A stretch of 52,776 nt of DNA, taken from the NCBI GenBank assembly GCA_023228765.1, contig JALOAM010000002.1, positions 1-52,776 of the forward strand, given 5' to 3'. Position 1 is the stretch's first letter; the number at the start of each line of letters is the position of its first letter. The notes beneath the pieces were generated by a model that saw nothing but the letters and a program-made list of their open reading frames with translations, had not been told where the DNA came from and did not search any database. Of this stretch, positions 36,938-46,516 are shown piece after piece. This DNA is from Dehalococcoidia bacterium (GTDB lineage Bacteria > Chloroflexota > Dehalococcoidia > UBA2979). The position numbers were made by a program, and so were the translations under genes.

Positions 36938-37384
36938 CTAGCGGCGGGCCCTCGAGGACCACCAGTGGCGGATGCGGTCAGGGAACGAACTGCCGGAGCG
37001 GTACTCGATCGTGCGGCCGCGCCAGCGCTGCGGGGCGGAGCCGCCACCTCGACCGCGCGGGCCGAAGAGCATGACGACGAAGGTGCTGACGAACAGGATC
37101 ACGCCCCCGAGCAGGATCCAGGACGCGAAGGTGGGAGGCAGGCCGCGTCCGCGGAAGAAGAAGGCGAACAGGATCATGAGGAAGGACGCGAGCATGAGCT
37201 GGGACACGGAGATGTGGCCCATGCGCCGCGCGATGCCTCGCTGGATGTCGGCGATGCGGGACGTGACTCGGTTGACGCTCTTGCGGCGGTTGCGCTTCGC
37301 GCGACTCCCGGCGTCGGGGAACTGCTCGATATTGCCGAGGATCTCGTTGATCTCGCGCTCGAGCCGGTCGTTGTTCTTCGCCAT
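36938..37384 (-). CDS. Hypothetical membrane protein (coiled N-terminus, 2 TM, Arg-rich tail)
   Basis: MAKNNDRLEREINEILGNIEQF... then two hydrophobic helices. ATG at 37384 chosen because the upstream part of the ORF is Arg/Pro-rich and looks non-coding. Confidence 0.5.
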   Translation of the reverse strand: MAKNNDRLEREINEILGNIEQFPDAGSRAKRNRRKSVNRVTSRIADIQRGIARRMGHISVSQLMLASFLMILFAFFFRGRGLPPTFASWILLGGVILFVSTFVVMLFGPRGRGGGSAPQRWRGRTIEYRSGSSFPDRIRHWWSSRARR

Positions 37385-37500
37385 GAGTGTCGTCCGCGAG
37401 TGGTGGTCGGGTCCGTGCCCGATGGTTCGAGTATAGCCACTTGGCGCGGGTACGCCTTGCAGGACTGTGGCGAATCCTCGCCGGGTGACGCTCTCCGACC

Positions 37501-39153
37501 TTACGGCACTGGGTTCGTCGGCGGCGTGGGTGCCCCTCGACGCCGGCGGCGGCCCCAGCCGCCGCCACCCGGCGTCTCGATGCGGACTCGGTCGCCCGGT
37601 CCTACCTCGACCTGCGCGCGGGCGCCGAGGTCTTCCGAGGCGCCGTCCGCGCGGATGACGGTGTTGCGTCCGGGGCGTCCGGGGGCCGCGCCGTGGAGGG
37701 CCCACGGTCCGCTCGCGCGGCGTTCGCTGACGATGGTGACGGTTGCGCGGTCGTGGAAGCGGTACTCCCGCACGAGGCCGTCGCCGCCGGAGTGCCACCC
37801 CGCACCGCCGGTGCCCCGACGCAACTCGTACCGCTCGACTGTGAACGGGTACGCGAGGGGGAGCGCCTCCACGGGGGTGTTCATGGTGTTCGTCATGTGC
37901 GTATGCACGCCGGAGCGGCCGTCGCGCGTCGGCCCGCCACCTGCGCCGCCGGCGATCGTCTCGTAGTAGGCGTACGGGCGGCCTCGCGCGGAGTCGTAGC
38001 CACCGATCGTGATGTTGTTCATCGTCCCCTGCGAGGCAGCCGGGATGCGCTCCGGGAGCGCCTGGGCGAGCGCGCCGAGGGCGACATCCACGATGCGCTG
38101 GCTCGTCTCCACGTTACCTGCGCTGACCGCCCTCGGCGGACCGGCGGCGACGAGCGAGCGCTCCGGGAGGGTGAAGCTGACCGGGCGGTAGCAACCCTCG
38201 TTCGCGGGGGCATCGCGGCCGGCGAGGCAGCGCACGGTGTAGTAGCAGGCGGAGCGGGTGACGGCGGCGACGGCGTTGAGGGAGGCGCGGTCCGTCTCCG
38301 GACTCGTCCCCGTGAAGTCGAAGTGCATCGTGTCGCCTTCGACGGTGAGCGTGAGGTGGATGACCGCGTGGAGAGGCGTCCAGCCGGCGTAGCCCTCCGG
38401 CAGGGCCCATGGGATCTCCAGCATGTCCTCGAACTCATACCGGCCGTCCGGGATCTCGGAGATGACCGCGCGGATCACCCGCTCCCCGTGGTCGAGGAGG
38501 GCGTCGAAGCGCTCGCGGAGGCCCTCGACGCCGAAGCGTGACGCCAGCGCCTCGAGGCGACGCGCCCCGAGGGCAGTCGCGGCGAGCTGGGCGCGGAGGT
38601 CGCCGCGCCGCTCCTCGGGTGCTCGGGAGTTGCGGACGATGAGGGCGATGGCCGCCTCGTTGGGCCGTCCGGCGTCCACGAGCCGGATCGGCGGCACGAC
38701 GAGGCCTTCCTGTAGCAGCTCGGTCGCGACCGGCATCGATCCCGGCGCCATGCCGCCGATGTCGGCGTGGTGCGCCCTCGTCGCGACGAACGCGATCGGC
38801 TGGTCGCCTGGTGCGTGTGGGACGCCCTCGGCGAAGACGGGGGCGATCGTCGTGAGGTCGGGGAGGTGCGTACCGCCGAGGAACGGGTCGTTCAGTGCGA
38901 GCACGTCGCCCGGGGCGAACGGCGCGAGGTCGAGCACCTGCCGCACGGCCGCCGGCATCGCGCCGAGGTGCACGGGGATGTGGGCGGCCTGCGCCACCAT
39001 CTCCCCGGCAGCGTTGAAGACGCCGCAGGAGTGATCACGCCGCTCCTTGATGTTGGGGGAGTAGGCGGTCCGCCCGAGGGCCTCGCCCATCTCCTCGGCG
39101 ACCGAGGTGAGCGCGGCGTCCGCGATCGAGATGTCGGAGGCGGAGAGCGTCAC
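37501..39153 (-). CDS. Hydantoinase B / oxoprolinase family protein
   Basis: SPNIKERRDHSCGVFNAAGEMVAQAAHIPVHLGAM signature. The GTG start overlaps the stop of the A subunit (GTGA). Confidence 0.85.
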   Translation of the reverse strand: MTLSASDISIADAALTSVAEEMGEALGRTAYSPNIKERRDHSCGVFNAAGEMVAQAAHIPVHLGAMPAAVRQVLDLAPFAPGDVLALNDPFLGGTHLPDLTTIAPVFAEGVPHAPGDQPIAFVATRAHHADIGGMAPGSMPVATELLQEGLVVPPIRLVDAGRPNEAAIALIVRNSRAPEERRGDLRAQLAATALGARRLEALASRFGVEGLRERFDALLDHGERVIRAVISEIPDGRYEFEDMLEIPWALPEGYAGWTPLHAVIHLTLTVEGDTMHFDFTGTSPETDRASLNAVAAVTRSACYYTVRCLAGRDAPANEGCYRPVSFTLPERSLVAAGPPRAVSAGNVETSQRIVDVALGALAQALPERIPAASQGTMNNITIGGYDSARGRPYAYYETIAGGAGGGPTRDGRSGVHTHMTNTMNTPVEALPLAYPFTVERYELRRGTGGAGWHSGGDGLVREYRFHDRATVTIVSERRASGPWALHGAAPGRPGRNTVIRADGASEDLGARAQVEVGPGDRVRIETPGGGGWGRRRRRGAPTPPTNPVP

Positions 39154-41171
39154 GCGCGCGCCTCCTCGATCGTGCGTTCGAGGATGAGGTTCCCGTACGC
39201 GTCCGCGCGGGCGGTCCACCCGGGCTCGACGAGCGTGGTGGAGTCCAACTGCACGACGATCGCGGGCCCCTCGATGACATCGCCGGGCGCGAAGTCGTCG
39301 CGCTGGTACACCGCTGTCTCGTGCTCACGGCCCTCGACGACGACGCGGGTGGTGGCGACCACCCGAGCGCCAGAGCCCGGTGGTGGTACGGGGACCGGCC
39401 GCTCCGAGGGCACGCGCGCCACGGCGCGGACATTCACCGCCTCGACGAGCGCGCTTGCGTCGGCATGCGCGAAGCGCTGCTCGTGCGCCGCGTGGAAGGC
39501 GCCCGCCGCGTCGAGAGGGGATGCCGGGTCGGGGACCTCGATCGTCAGCTCGTAGGACTGGCCTGCGTACCGCAGGTCCAGCGCGTAGCGCACCTCGGCG
39601 CTCGGGTGGTCGAGGGCGGTCCGGGCCTCCTCGCCCACCTCGCGCAGCGCGGCAGCAAGGGCGTCACGGTGCGCCTCGGCGAGGGGCCGGAGCACGGATC
39701 GGGTGCGGGTCGCGGTGAGGTCACTCTGCACCGCGCCGAGCGCGGCGAGGACGCCGGGCATCGCGGGGACGAGGATGCGCGGCATTTCCAACGCATCGGC
39801 GAGCGCGCAGGCGTGGAGGGGCCCCGCGCCGCCGAACGGGATGAGCGTGAACTCTCGGGGGTCGTGGCCGCGTTGCACGGAGACCACCCGCAGGGCGCGC
39901 TCCATGTTCGCGGTCGCCACGCTGAGGACGGCCTCCGCCGCGGCGACTTCGTCGCCCCCGTCCGCGCCGAGGGCGTTTCGGAAGGGCACTGCCGCGGCCC
40001 GCGCGCGGTCGAGATCGAGGGTCATCGAGCCGGCGAGCGCGCCGTGTGCCCCCAGCCGGCCGAGGACGGCCTGCGCGTCGGTGACGGTGAAGTCCTCCCC
40101 CGTGCCGTAGCAGGCCGGTCCGGGGACGGCGCCCGCGGACTCGGGCCCGACACGCAGCGCGCCGCCGGCATCGAGGCGCGCGATCGAGCCGCCGCCCGCG
40201 CCGACGGTGTGCACGTCCACCACCGGGGTCCTCGCAGGGAAGTCGCCGACGACCACGTCCGCACGGGTGGGGACGGAGCCGTCGCAGAGGGCGACGTCGG
40301 TGGAGGTCCCGCCCATGTCGAAGGTGATGATCCGGTCGAATCCGGCCGCGCGGGCGACCTCGAACGCGCCGTGGACGCCCGCCGCGGGGCCGGACAGCAG
40401 CGTCGAGACCGGGCGCTCCGAGGCGCGCCCCGTGCTCGCGGCGCCGCCGTCGCTCTGCACGATGTGCAGCGTGCGGACGCCGCGCTCCGCGACGCCCTCG
40501 CCCAGGTGGCGCAGGTATTGCGACATCACCGGCCCGATGTAGGAGTTCAGCGCCGTCGTCGCCGTGCGCTCGACCTCCCGGTACTCCGGAGAGACCTCCG
40601 AGGAGAGCGAGAGGAAGAGCGCCGAGCCCGATGCTTCGTGCGCCTCCCGGAATGTCTGCTCGAGCGACGGGTCGAGGTAGGCGTAGAGCAGGGAGACGGC
40701 GACGGCCTCGGCGCCCGCGGCCTCCGCCTGTGCCAGGAGGGTGCGCGCTTCCTCGGCGCTCCAGGGCACCTCGATGGTGCCGTCCGGACGGAGGTGGCCC
40801 GTGCACTCGAAGGTGAGCGCGGGGTCGACGAGGGGCTCTGGCGTCTCGGGCTCGAGGTCGTAGATGTGCGGCCGGGTCTGCCGCCCGATCACCAGGAGGT
40901 CGCGGAAGCCCTCGGTGGTGACGAGCGCGGTGCGCGCTCCGCGCCGCTGGAGGACGGCATTCGTCGCGACGGTGGTGCCGTGCACGACGAGGTCCGGAGT
41001 CACGCCGAGGTGGTCGATCCCCTCGAGGACGGCGCGGCCGGGGTCGTCCGGCGTGGAGGGGCGCTTGTGGACGCGGACGCGGCCGTCCTCGGAGCCGTCG
41101 TCCTCCCAGAGCAGGAAGTCCGTGAACGTCCCGCCGACATCGACCCCCAGCAGTGTCCGGAGCGTAGTCAC
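39150..41171 (-). CDS. Hydantoinase A / oxoprolinase family protein
   Basis: LGVDVGGTFTDF N-terminal ATPase motif, and further on FDMGGTSTDV. Confidence 0.85.
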   Translation of the reverse strand: MTTLRTLLGVDVGGTFTDFLLWEDDGSEDGRVRVHKRPSTPDDPGRAVLEGIDHLGVTPDLVVHGTTVATNAVLQRRGARTALVTTEGFRDLLVIGRQTRPHIYDLEPETPEPLVDPALTFECTGHLRPDGTIEVPWSAEEARTLLAQAEAAGAEAVAVSLLYAYLDPSLEQTFREAHEASGSALFLSLSSEVSPEYREVERTATTALNSYIGPVMSQYLRHLGEGVAERGVRTLHIVQSDGGAASTGRASERPVSTLLSGPAAGVHGAFEVARAAGFDRIITFDMGGTSTDVALCDGSVPTRADVVVGDFPARTPVVDVHTVGAGGGSIARLDAGGALRVGPESAGAVPGPACYGTGEDFTVTDAQAVLGRLGAHGALAGSMTLDLDRARAAAVPFRNALGADGGDEVAAAEAVLSVATANMERALRVVSVQRGHDPREFTLIPFGGAGPLHACALADALEMPRILVPAMPGVLAALGAVQSDLTATRTRSVLRPLAEAHRDALAAALREVGEEARTALDHPSAEVRYALDLRYAGQSYELTIEVPDPASPLDAAGAFHAAHEQRFAHADASALVEAVNVRAVARVPSERPVPVPPPGSGARVVATTRVVVEGREHETAVYQRDDFAPGDVIEGPAIVVQLDSTTLVEPGWTARADAYGNLILERTIEEARA

Positions 41172-41342
41172 CGCCGCATCCTACCAGCGCTCCTCGGCCG
41201 CCTCGAAGCCCTCGACGAGTGCGGAATCGCGAGGTGGCACCGTCATGCCGTTGATACGGCGGGGCGGGGGTGGTTGCGCGGCAGTCACCCCCGTGCCCGG
41301 ATGGTGGCTGCAACTACCCGAGCCCGCGAAAGGAGCGGACTT

Positions 41343-41852
41343 ATGGCCCGTGCAGCAAGTGAGATCGTCGTCGAGGCACCCCTCCAGCAGGTCTACAACC
41401 AGTGGACGCAGTTCGAGGAGTTCCCTCAGTTCATGTCGAACGTCGAGCACGTGAAGCAGCTCGACGACCGGCGGCTCCACTGGAAGGCCAAGATCGGCGG
41501 CCAGGAGGTCGAGTGGGACGCGGAGATCGCGGAGCAGGTGCCAGACGACAAGATCGTCTGGAAGTCTGTCGGCGGCGCGATGAACTACGGCCTCGTGCGT
41601 TTCGATCCGGTTGGTGCGAACCAGACCCAGGTCCACGTGGAGTTGTCCTACGAGCCGGAGGGCGTCCTCCAGAAGGCCGGGGACGCCCTCGGTATGGTCG
41701 ACCGGAACGTCGAGGAAGACCTGAAGAACTTCAAGCAGTTCATCGAGGAACGCGGCGCCGCCACCGGTGGCTGGCGCGGCGAGATCGAGAATCCCAAGGC
41801 CCCCGGTGGCCACACCGACGGGCAGGGGTCGATGGACGTGAAGGATGTCTGA
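41343..41852 (+). CDS. SRPBCC (cyclase/dehydrase, START-like) family protein
   Basis: IVVEAPLQQVYNQWTQFEEFPQFMSNVEHVKQLDDRRLHWKAKIGGQEVEWDAEI is the typical polyketide_cyc2-like pattern. AAGGAG lies upstream. Confidence 0.75.
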   Translation: MARAASEIVVEAPLQQVYNQWTQFEEFPQFMSNVEHVKQLDDRRLHWKAKIGGQEVEWDAEIAEQVPDDKIVWKSVGGAMNYGLVRFDPVGANQTQVHVELSYEPEGVLQKAGDALGMVDRNVEEDLKNFKQFIEERGAATGGWRGEIENPKAPGGHTDGQGSMDVKDV

Positions 41853-41895
41853 CGCCGCCTGATCGAGGTCTGACCTCCGAGGTCGGTCCCGAGCG

Positions 41896-41924
41896 TTGAT
41901 CGTGATGGATGCCGTGGGTAACGT
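41896..41924 (+). promoter_or_regulatory. Candidate sigma70-type promoter for rplY/ctc (TTGATC-17 nt-TAACGT)
   Basis: Hexamers at 41896-41901 and 41919-41924 with a 17-nt spacer. This is a relatively AT-rich patch in a GC-rich genome, 65 nt upstream of the ATG. Confidence 0.35.
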
Positions 41925-41988
41925 TAACGTTCGTTTCCTGCGGCATCCGTGTTGGGTGCTGACTCCTGATCTCCCGAGGACGCACCTT

Positions 41989-42663
41989 ATGCCTGACGCT
42001 TACCAGGTCCAGCCCCGCACCGTCGTCGGAAAGGCCGTGAAGCGCCTTCGCCGTGACGGTGTCCTTCCTGCCTCGATCTACGGTCGCGGCATCGAGTCGG
42101 TCGCCGTGCAGCTGCCGTACGTGGTCGCCCGCGATCTGATGAACGCGCACGGATACAACGCGCTCATCACCATCCAGGTGGAGGGTGAGGGCAAGCCTCG
42201 CCCCGTGGTGGTGAAGCAGGTCGACCAGGACCCGGTTTCCCGCCAGCTGTGGCACGTGGACTTCTATCAGGTGGACCTGAGCCGCAAGATCTCGGGCCCC
42301 GTGCCGGTGCACTTCGTCGGTGAGTCGCCGGCCGTCCGTGACCTGGGCGGCGTCTTCGTGATGCACGCGGACAGCGTGGTCGTCGAGGCCCTGCCGGCCG
42401 ACATGCCGATCGCGCTCGAGGTGTCCATGGACTCGCTGACCGAGTTCGACACCTACCTCTACGCGAAGGACGTCAAGACCGGCGCCGGCGTCGAGGTGGT
42501 CTCCGACCCGGACACGCTGCTCGCCGCCATCACCCGCCCGCGCCTGGCGCTGGACTCCTCCGACGAGGAGGGCATCGTCGAGGGCGAGCAGGCCGAGGGC
42601 GAAGCCGCGGCCGAGGGTGGCGAGGAAGCCCCCGCCGAGGAGGCCGCTGCCTCGGACGACTAG
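41989..42663 (+). CDS. rplY: 50S ribosomal protein L25 / general stress protein Ctc (acidic tail)
   Basis: RTVVGKAVKRLRRDGVLPASIYGRG...V, HVDFYQV, plus a C-terminal beta-domain. Confidence 0.9.
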   Translation: MPDAYQVQPRTVVGKAVKRLRRDGVLPASIYGRGIESVAVQLPYVVARDLMNAHGYNALITIQVEGEGKPRPVVVKQVDQDPVSRQLWHVDFYQVDLSRKISGPVPVHFVGESPAVRDLGGVFVMHADSVVVEALPADMPIALEVSMDSLTEFDTYLYAKDVKTGAGVEVVSDPDTLLAAITRPRLALDSSDEEGIVEGEQAEGEAAAEGGEEAPAEEAAASDD

Positions 42664-42667
42664 CGCA

Positions 42668-43801
42668 TTACTCGCTGGGTTCAGACCTCTGGAACGCCGT
42701 CCCGCTCAACTCGAGCGGGGCGGCGTTCTGCTTCATGACGTCCGTGCGCAGCTGGCCGCAGGCGGCGGCGATCTCCTGGCCACGCTCGACGCGCACCGTG
42801 GCGTTCACGCCGTGCGCCTGCAGCTCGCGCTGGAAGGCGCGGACGCGCTCGCGGCTCGGCGGACGCAGGCCGGGGCCGGCCGTGGGGTTGTACGGGATCA
42901 GGTTCACGTGTGCCTGGATGCCGCGGATGCGGGCCGCGAGGGCGCGCGCCTGCTCCGGTGAGTCGTTCACGTGGTCCAGCAAGGCATACGCGAAGGTGAC
43001 GCGCCGACCGCGCTTCGCGACGTAGCCCCGTGACGCCTCGATGAGCTCGTCGATGCTGGTGCCGCCCGCCGTGCGAATGAGCTGGCGACGGAGGTCGTCG
43101 TCGGGCGCGTGGAGGGAGACCGTGAGGCCGATCTGGAACCCCTCGTCACCGAGCCGGTCGATGGCCCTCACGAGGCCCACCGTGGAGACGGTGATGCCTC
43201 GCTGGCGCATGTCGAGGCCCTCCGGCCGCACCATCCAGCGGATCGCGGCGACAGTGGCGTCGTAGTTCGCCAGCGGCTCGCCCATGCCCATGAACACCAC
43301 GTTGGTGACGCGCCGCTGGCGGGTGAAGTGCAACACCTGCGCAAGGATCTCGGCGGCGCTCAGGTTCCTCGTGAAGCCCTGCTGGCCCGTGGCGCAGAAC
43401 GTGCAGCCCATGGCGCATCCCACCTGCGTGGAGACGCACACCGTCGTGCGGTCGGGGAGGGCGCCCGCCTCGGGATCTTCGTCGCCGCTCTCGTAGTCCA
43501 TGCGGACCGCCTCGACGGCGTCGCTCTGCGTGCCAGTGGAGGGGCCGAGGTCCAGGAGCACCTTCGTCGTCGCCCCGTCGTCCGCCGTGCGCTCCGCGAT
43601 GACCGGGAGCGTCGCGATCTCGAATGCCTCGGCGAGCCGGGCGCGGAGGGCAGCCGGGAGGTTCGTCATCTCCTCGAACGTGGTCGCGCCGTGCCGCAGC
43701 GCCCACTGCGCGATCTGCTTCGCGCGGAACGCCGGCTCACCCCACGAGGCGAGCTCCGCCTCGAGGTCTTCGAGCGACAGGTCCAGGAGATGTCGGGTCA
43801 T
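42668..43801 (-). CDS. rlmN: 23S rRNA/tRNA (adenine-C2)-methyltransferase RlmN (radical SAM)
   Basis: FRAKQIAQW, TVCVSTQVGCAMGCTFCATG (CxxxCxxC), VFMGMGEPLAN, SLHAPDD, IPYNP. ATG at 43801. Confidence 0.9.
   Translation of the reverse strand: MTRHLLDLSLEDLEAELASWGEPAFRAKQIAQWALRHGATTFEEMTNLPAALRARLAEAFEIATLPVIAERTADDGATTKVLLDLGPSTGTQSDAVEAVRMDYESGDEDPEAGALPDRTTVCVSTQVGCAMGCTFCATGQQGFTRNLSAAEILAQVLHFTRQRRVTNVVFMGMGEPLANYDATVAAIRWMVRPEGLDMRQRGITVSTVGLVRAIDRLGDEGFQIGLTVSLHAPDDDLRRQLIRTAGGTSIDELIEASRGYVAKRGRRVTFAYALLDHVNDSPEQARALAARIRGIQAHVNLIPYNPTAGPGLRPPSRERVRAFQRELQAHGVNATVRVERGQEIAAACGQLRTDVMKQNAAPLELSGTAFQRSEPSE
42692..42728 (+). terminator. Strong hairpin after rplY, embedded in the 3' coding end of convergent rlmN
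   Basis: GAACGCCGTCCCGCTC-aactc-GAGCGGGGCGGCGTTC, a 16-bp stem with one G-U pair, followed by TGCTTC. Starts 29 nt after the rplY stop. Confidence 0.5.
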
Positions 43802-43845
43802 CGATCCAGCGTACGTGCTTCCTGCCGATACGGGCGTGACGAGGC

Positions 43846-44829
43846 CTACCCGAGGCGGCTGCCGATCAGCTCCCGGTCCCCGTTGAGGTAGGCCTCGATC
43901 GGGGTGGGGCGCTTGCCGGGGCGTTGCACCTCCAGCAGCGCGAGGGCGCCCGTGCCGCAGGCGACGAGGGCGCGCGCGGTGCGGCCAGGGAGGAGCGGGG
44001 TGAGGTCCTCCCCGTCGCCGGGGAGGACGGTGCCGGGCGCGACGTCCGAGGTAAACGCGGCGGGGAGGTCGACCGGCCACGCCTGGTGGACGAGGAACGG
44101 TTCGCCTCGGTAGGTGGTGGTGGCGAGGGGCCAGGGGTGGAAGGCGCGGACGCGCCGCCAGATCGCCTCGGCGGGCTGCGACCAGTCGATCGTGCCGTCC
44201 GCCCTCGAGAGCTTGGGGGCAAACGTGGCCTCCGAGGCGTCCTGTGGGCGCTCCTCGACCTCGCCGGCGACCCAGCGGGGGAGGGTGTGGGCGAGGAGCT
44301 GCGCGCCGAGGTCGGCGATGCGATCCGTGAGCGTGCCGGCGGTGTCGAGCGGGTCGATGTGCGTCTCGACCTGCGCGAGGATCGGGCCCGCGTCCACCTC
44401 GCGGACGACGCGCATGATCGTCGCGCCGCTGCTGACGTCCCCCGCGAGGATCGCGCTCGCGACCGGCGACGCGCCGCGGTGGCGCGGCAGCAGCGAGGCG
44501 TGCACGTTCACGACCTGGTACGGGAAGGCCTCCAGCAGGTGGTTGGGCAGGATGTGGCCGGAGGCGGCCACGACGCCCACGTCCGGCGCCAGCGCGCGGA
44601 GCGCCTCGGTGGTGTCGCGGCGCACCTTCTCGGGCTGGAAGAACGTGGTGACGCCGGCGGCGACGGCCGCGAGTTTCACCGCCGTCATCTGTGGTGCGCC
44701 ACTGCGGCCCCTCGGGCGGTCCGGCTGGGTGACCACGGCAACCACCGCGGCGTCCGGGAGGCCGAGGCAGGCGCGGAGGCTGGGGACGGCGTAGTCGGGG
44801 GAGCCGAAGAAGACGATGCGGGTCACCAT
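43846..44829 (-). CDS. fmt: Methionyl-tRNA formyltransferase
   Basis: RIVFFGSPDYAVPSL, VVTQPDRPRGR, VNVHASLLPRHRGASP, TIMRVVREVDAGPIL. Confidence 0.9.
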   Translation of the reverse strand: MVTRIVFFGSPDYAVPSLRACLGLPDAAVVAVVTQPDRPRGRSGAPQMTAVKLAAVAAGVTTFFQPEKVRRDTTEALRALAPDVGVVAASGHILPNHLLEAFPYQVVNVHASLLPRHRGASPVASAILAGDVSSGATIMRVVREVDAGPILAQVETHIDPLDTAGTLTDRIADLGAQLLAHTLPRWVAGEVEERPQDASEATFAPKLSRADGTIDWSQPAEAIWRRVRAFHPWPLATTTYRGEPFLVHQAWPVDLPAAFTSDVAPGTVLPGDGEDLTPLLPGRTARALVACGTGALALLEVQRPGKRPTPIEAYLNGDRELIGSRLG

Positions 44830-44839
44830 CGCGTCACCA

Positions 44840-46498
44840 TCAGTCTGCGATCCTCCAGCGGGTGATGTCCTGGAAACGGCTCGCCGGGTCGACGAGCAGC
44901 ATCGGCTCGAACCCCGCGAGGCCTGAGGGGTGGACGTAGGTCATCGTCGGGTAGGCGATCACCACGCTCGCGCCGAGCTCCTCGAACCGCGCCTGGAAGA
45001 GACCGTACAGCTCGCGCCGCTCCGCGACGTCGAGCGAGGTACGGGCGGCCTCCATCAGCGCGTCCGCCTCCGGGTCGCTGAACGCGGCGACGTTCCCGAG
45101 GCCGATCTGCGAGGTATGCCACGCCGCGTAGGGGTCCGGGTCCGGAGGGGTCTCCCACCCGAACAGCGCGAGGTCGTAGTTGCCGGTGCGCAGGTACTCA
45201 TTCACCACGCGCTGCGCAGGCGCTGTCACCAGTTCCACGGTGACACCCGCTTCCGCGAACTGGCGTACGAGGCCCTCCGCGAGCGCGGTGCGCGCGGGCT
45301 CGCCGTTTGTCACGAGCTCCAGTGTCAGCGGTTCGCCGTCGCGGATGCGCCGGCCCTCGGCGTCGCGTTCCCACTGGGCGGCGGCCCAGAGTGACTCCGC
45401 ATCGGCGGGGGGCGGCTCGCCTCCCGCGTCGGCGTCCTCGGAGAGCACGTCGCCGGGCTCGGCGTGGAGGTAGGAGTCGGGCGGGACCACGCCGGCGCCC
45501 GGGACCTGTGGCGTCGCGCTGCCCTCGACGAGGGCGACCGTGTCCACCGAGGCGGCGAGCGCCGCGCGCGTCCGTGCGTCCGTGAGCGGACCGCGCTGGT
45601 TGTTGAAGTAGAGGATGGTCTGCGCGTCCGTGGTCAGGCGCGTCGCGGTCAGCGAGGAGCGCGTGGCGGTGACGCCCTCGATCGCCGCGGCCTCGACGAA
45701 GTCCGGGAGGAGGGCGGCGTCCACCTCGCCGGCCTCGATCCAATCGAGCTGTTCGGCCTCGGACTCCGCGAAGCGCAGGACGAGCTCGGTGATGGGGGGC
45801 GTCCCCCGGAAGTACGAGGTGTTGTGGCGCAGCCGCGCGCTGCCATCGCTCAGCGAGGTGAGGCGGTAGGGGCCGGTCCCCACCGGTTCGCGGTCGAACG
45901 GGCGGGTGTCGAAGCCCTGTCCTGCCTCCATCTGCTCACGGAGATGTTCCGGCAGGAGGCCGAGCGTGGCCCGCACGAGGAAGTCGGCCGCGGGCTCCGG
46001 CAGGCGGATGAGCACCGTGAGGGCGTCGTCCACGAAGACCTGGACGCCCTCCCACTCCGCCTTGAGCGCAGCCGGGCCGTTGAAGTCCTCCGCCTGGATG
46101 CGGCCGATGGTGTAGGCGACGTCCTGGGCGTCGAATGCCGCGCCGTCATGCCAGGTGACGTTGGGCCTCAGGTGGAAGGTGTAGGTGAGCCGGTCGTCCG
46201 TCACCTCCCAGCGCTCGGCGAGGTCGGGCTCCGGCGCGCCGTCCGCCCTCAGGCGGGTCAGGCCGCTGAAGATGAGGGCGGTGAGGTCGGCCTCCGCCTG
46301 GGTTGCGTGCTCCGCGAGGGGGTTGATGCGCGTCGGGGTGCCGAGGACGGCCTCGCGGTACACGGTCGTGGAGGAGCCAGCTGCCTCGTCCGCCGCGAGC
46401 CAGCCGATCGCGAGCGTCGCGACACCGACCGCGAGCAGGGCGGTGAGGGCACCTCGACGGTGGATGTTGGTGAGGAGGGTGGAGAGGGCCGGCGGCAT
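44840..46498 (-). CDS. ABC transporter substrate-binding protein, family 5 (orphan; no adjacent permease)
   Basis: TM anchor, LAERWEVTDDRLTYTFHLRPNVTWHDGAAFDAQDVAYT, a WETPPDPDPY-type motif. Confidence 0.8.
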   Translation of the reverse strand: MPPALSTLLTNIHRRGALTALLAVGVATLAIGWLAADEAAGSSTTVYREAVLGTPTRINPLAEHATQAEADLTALIFSGLTRLRADGAPEPDLAERWEVTDDRLTYTFHLRPNVTWHDGAAFDAQDVAYTIGRIQAEDFNGPAALKAEWEGVQVFVDDALTVLIRLPEPAADFLVRATLGLLPEHLREQMEAGQGFDTRPFDREPVGTGPYRLTSLSDGSARLRHNTSYFRGTPPITELVLRFAESEAEQLDWIEAGEVDAALLPDFVEAAAIEGVTATRSSLTATRLTTDAQTILYFNNQRGPLTDARTRAALAASVDTVALVEGSATPQVPGAGVVPPDSYLHAEPGDVLSEDADAGGEPPPADAESLWAAAQWERDAEGRRIRDGEPLTLELVTNGEPARTALAEGLVRQFAEAGVTVELVTAPAQRVVNEYLRTGNYDLALFGWETPPDPDPYAAWHTSQIGLGNVAAFSDPEADALMEAARTSLDVAERRELYGLFQARFEELGASVVIAYPTMTYVHPSGLAGFEPMLLVDPASRFQDITRWRIAD

Positions 46499-46516
46499 CG
46501 GGCGCCCGGGCCGCGG

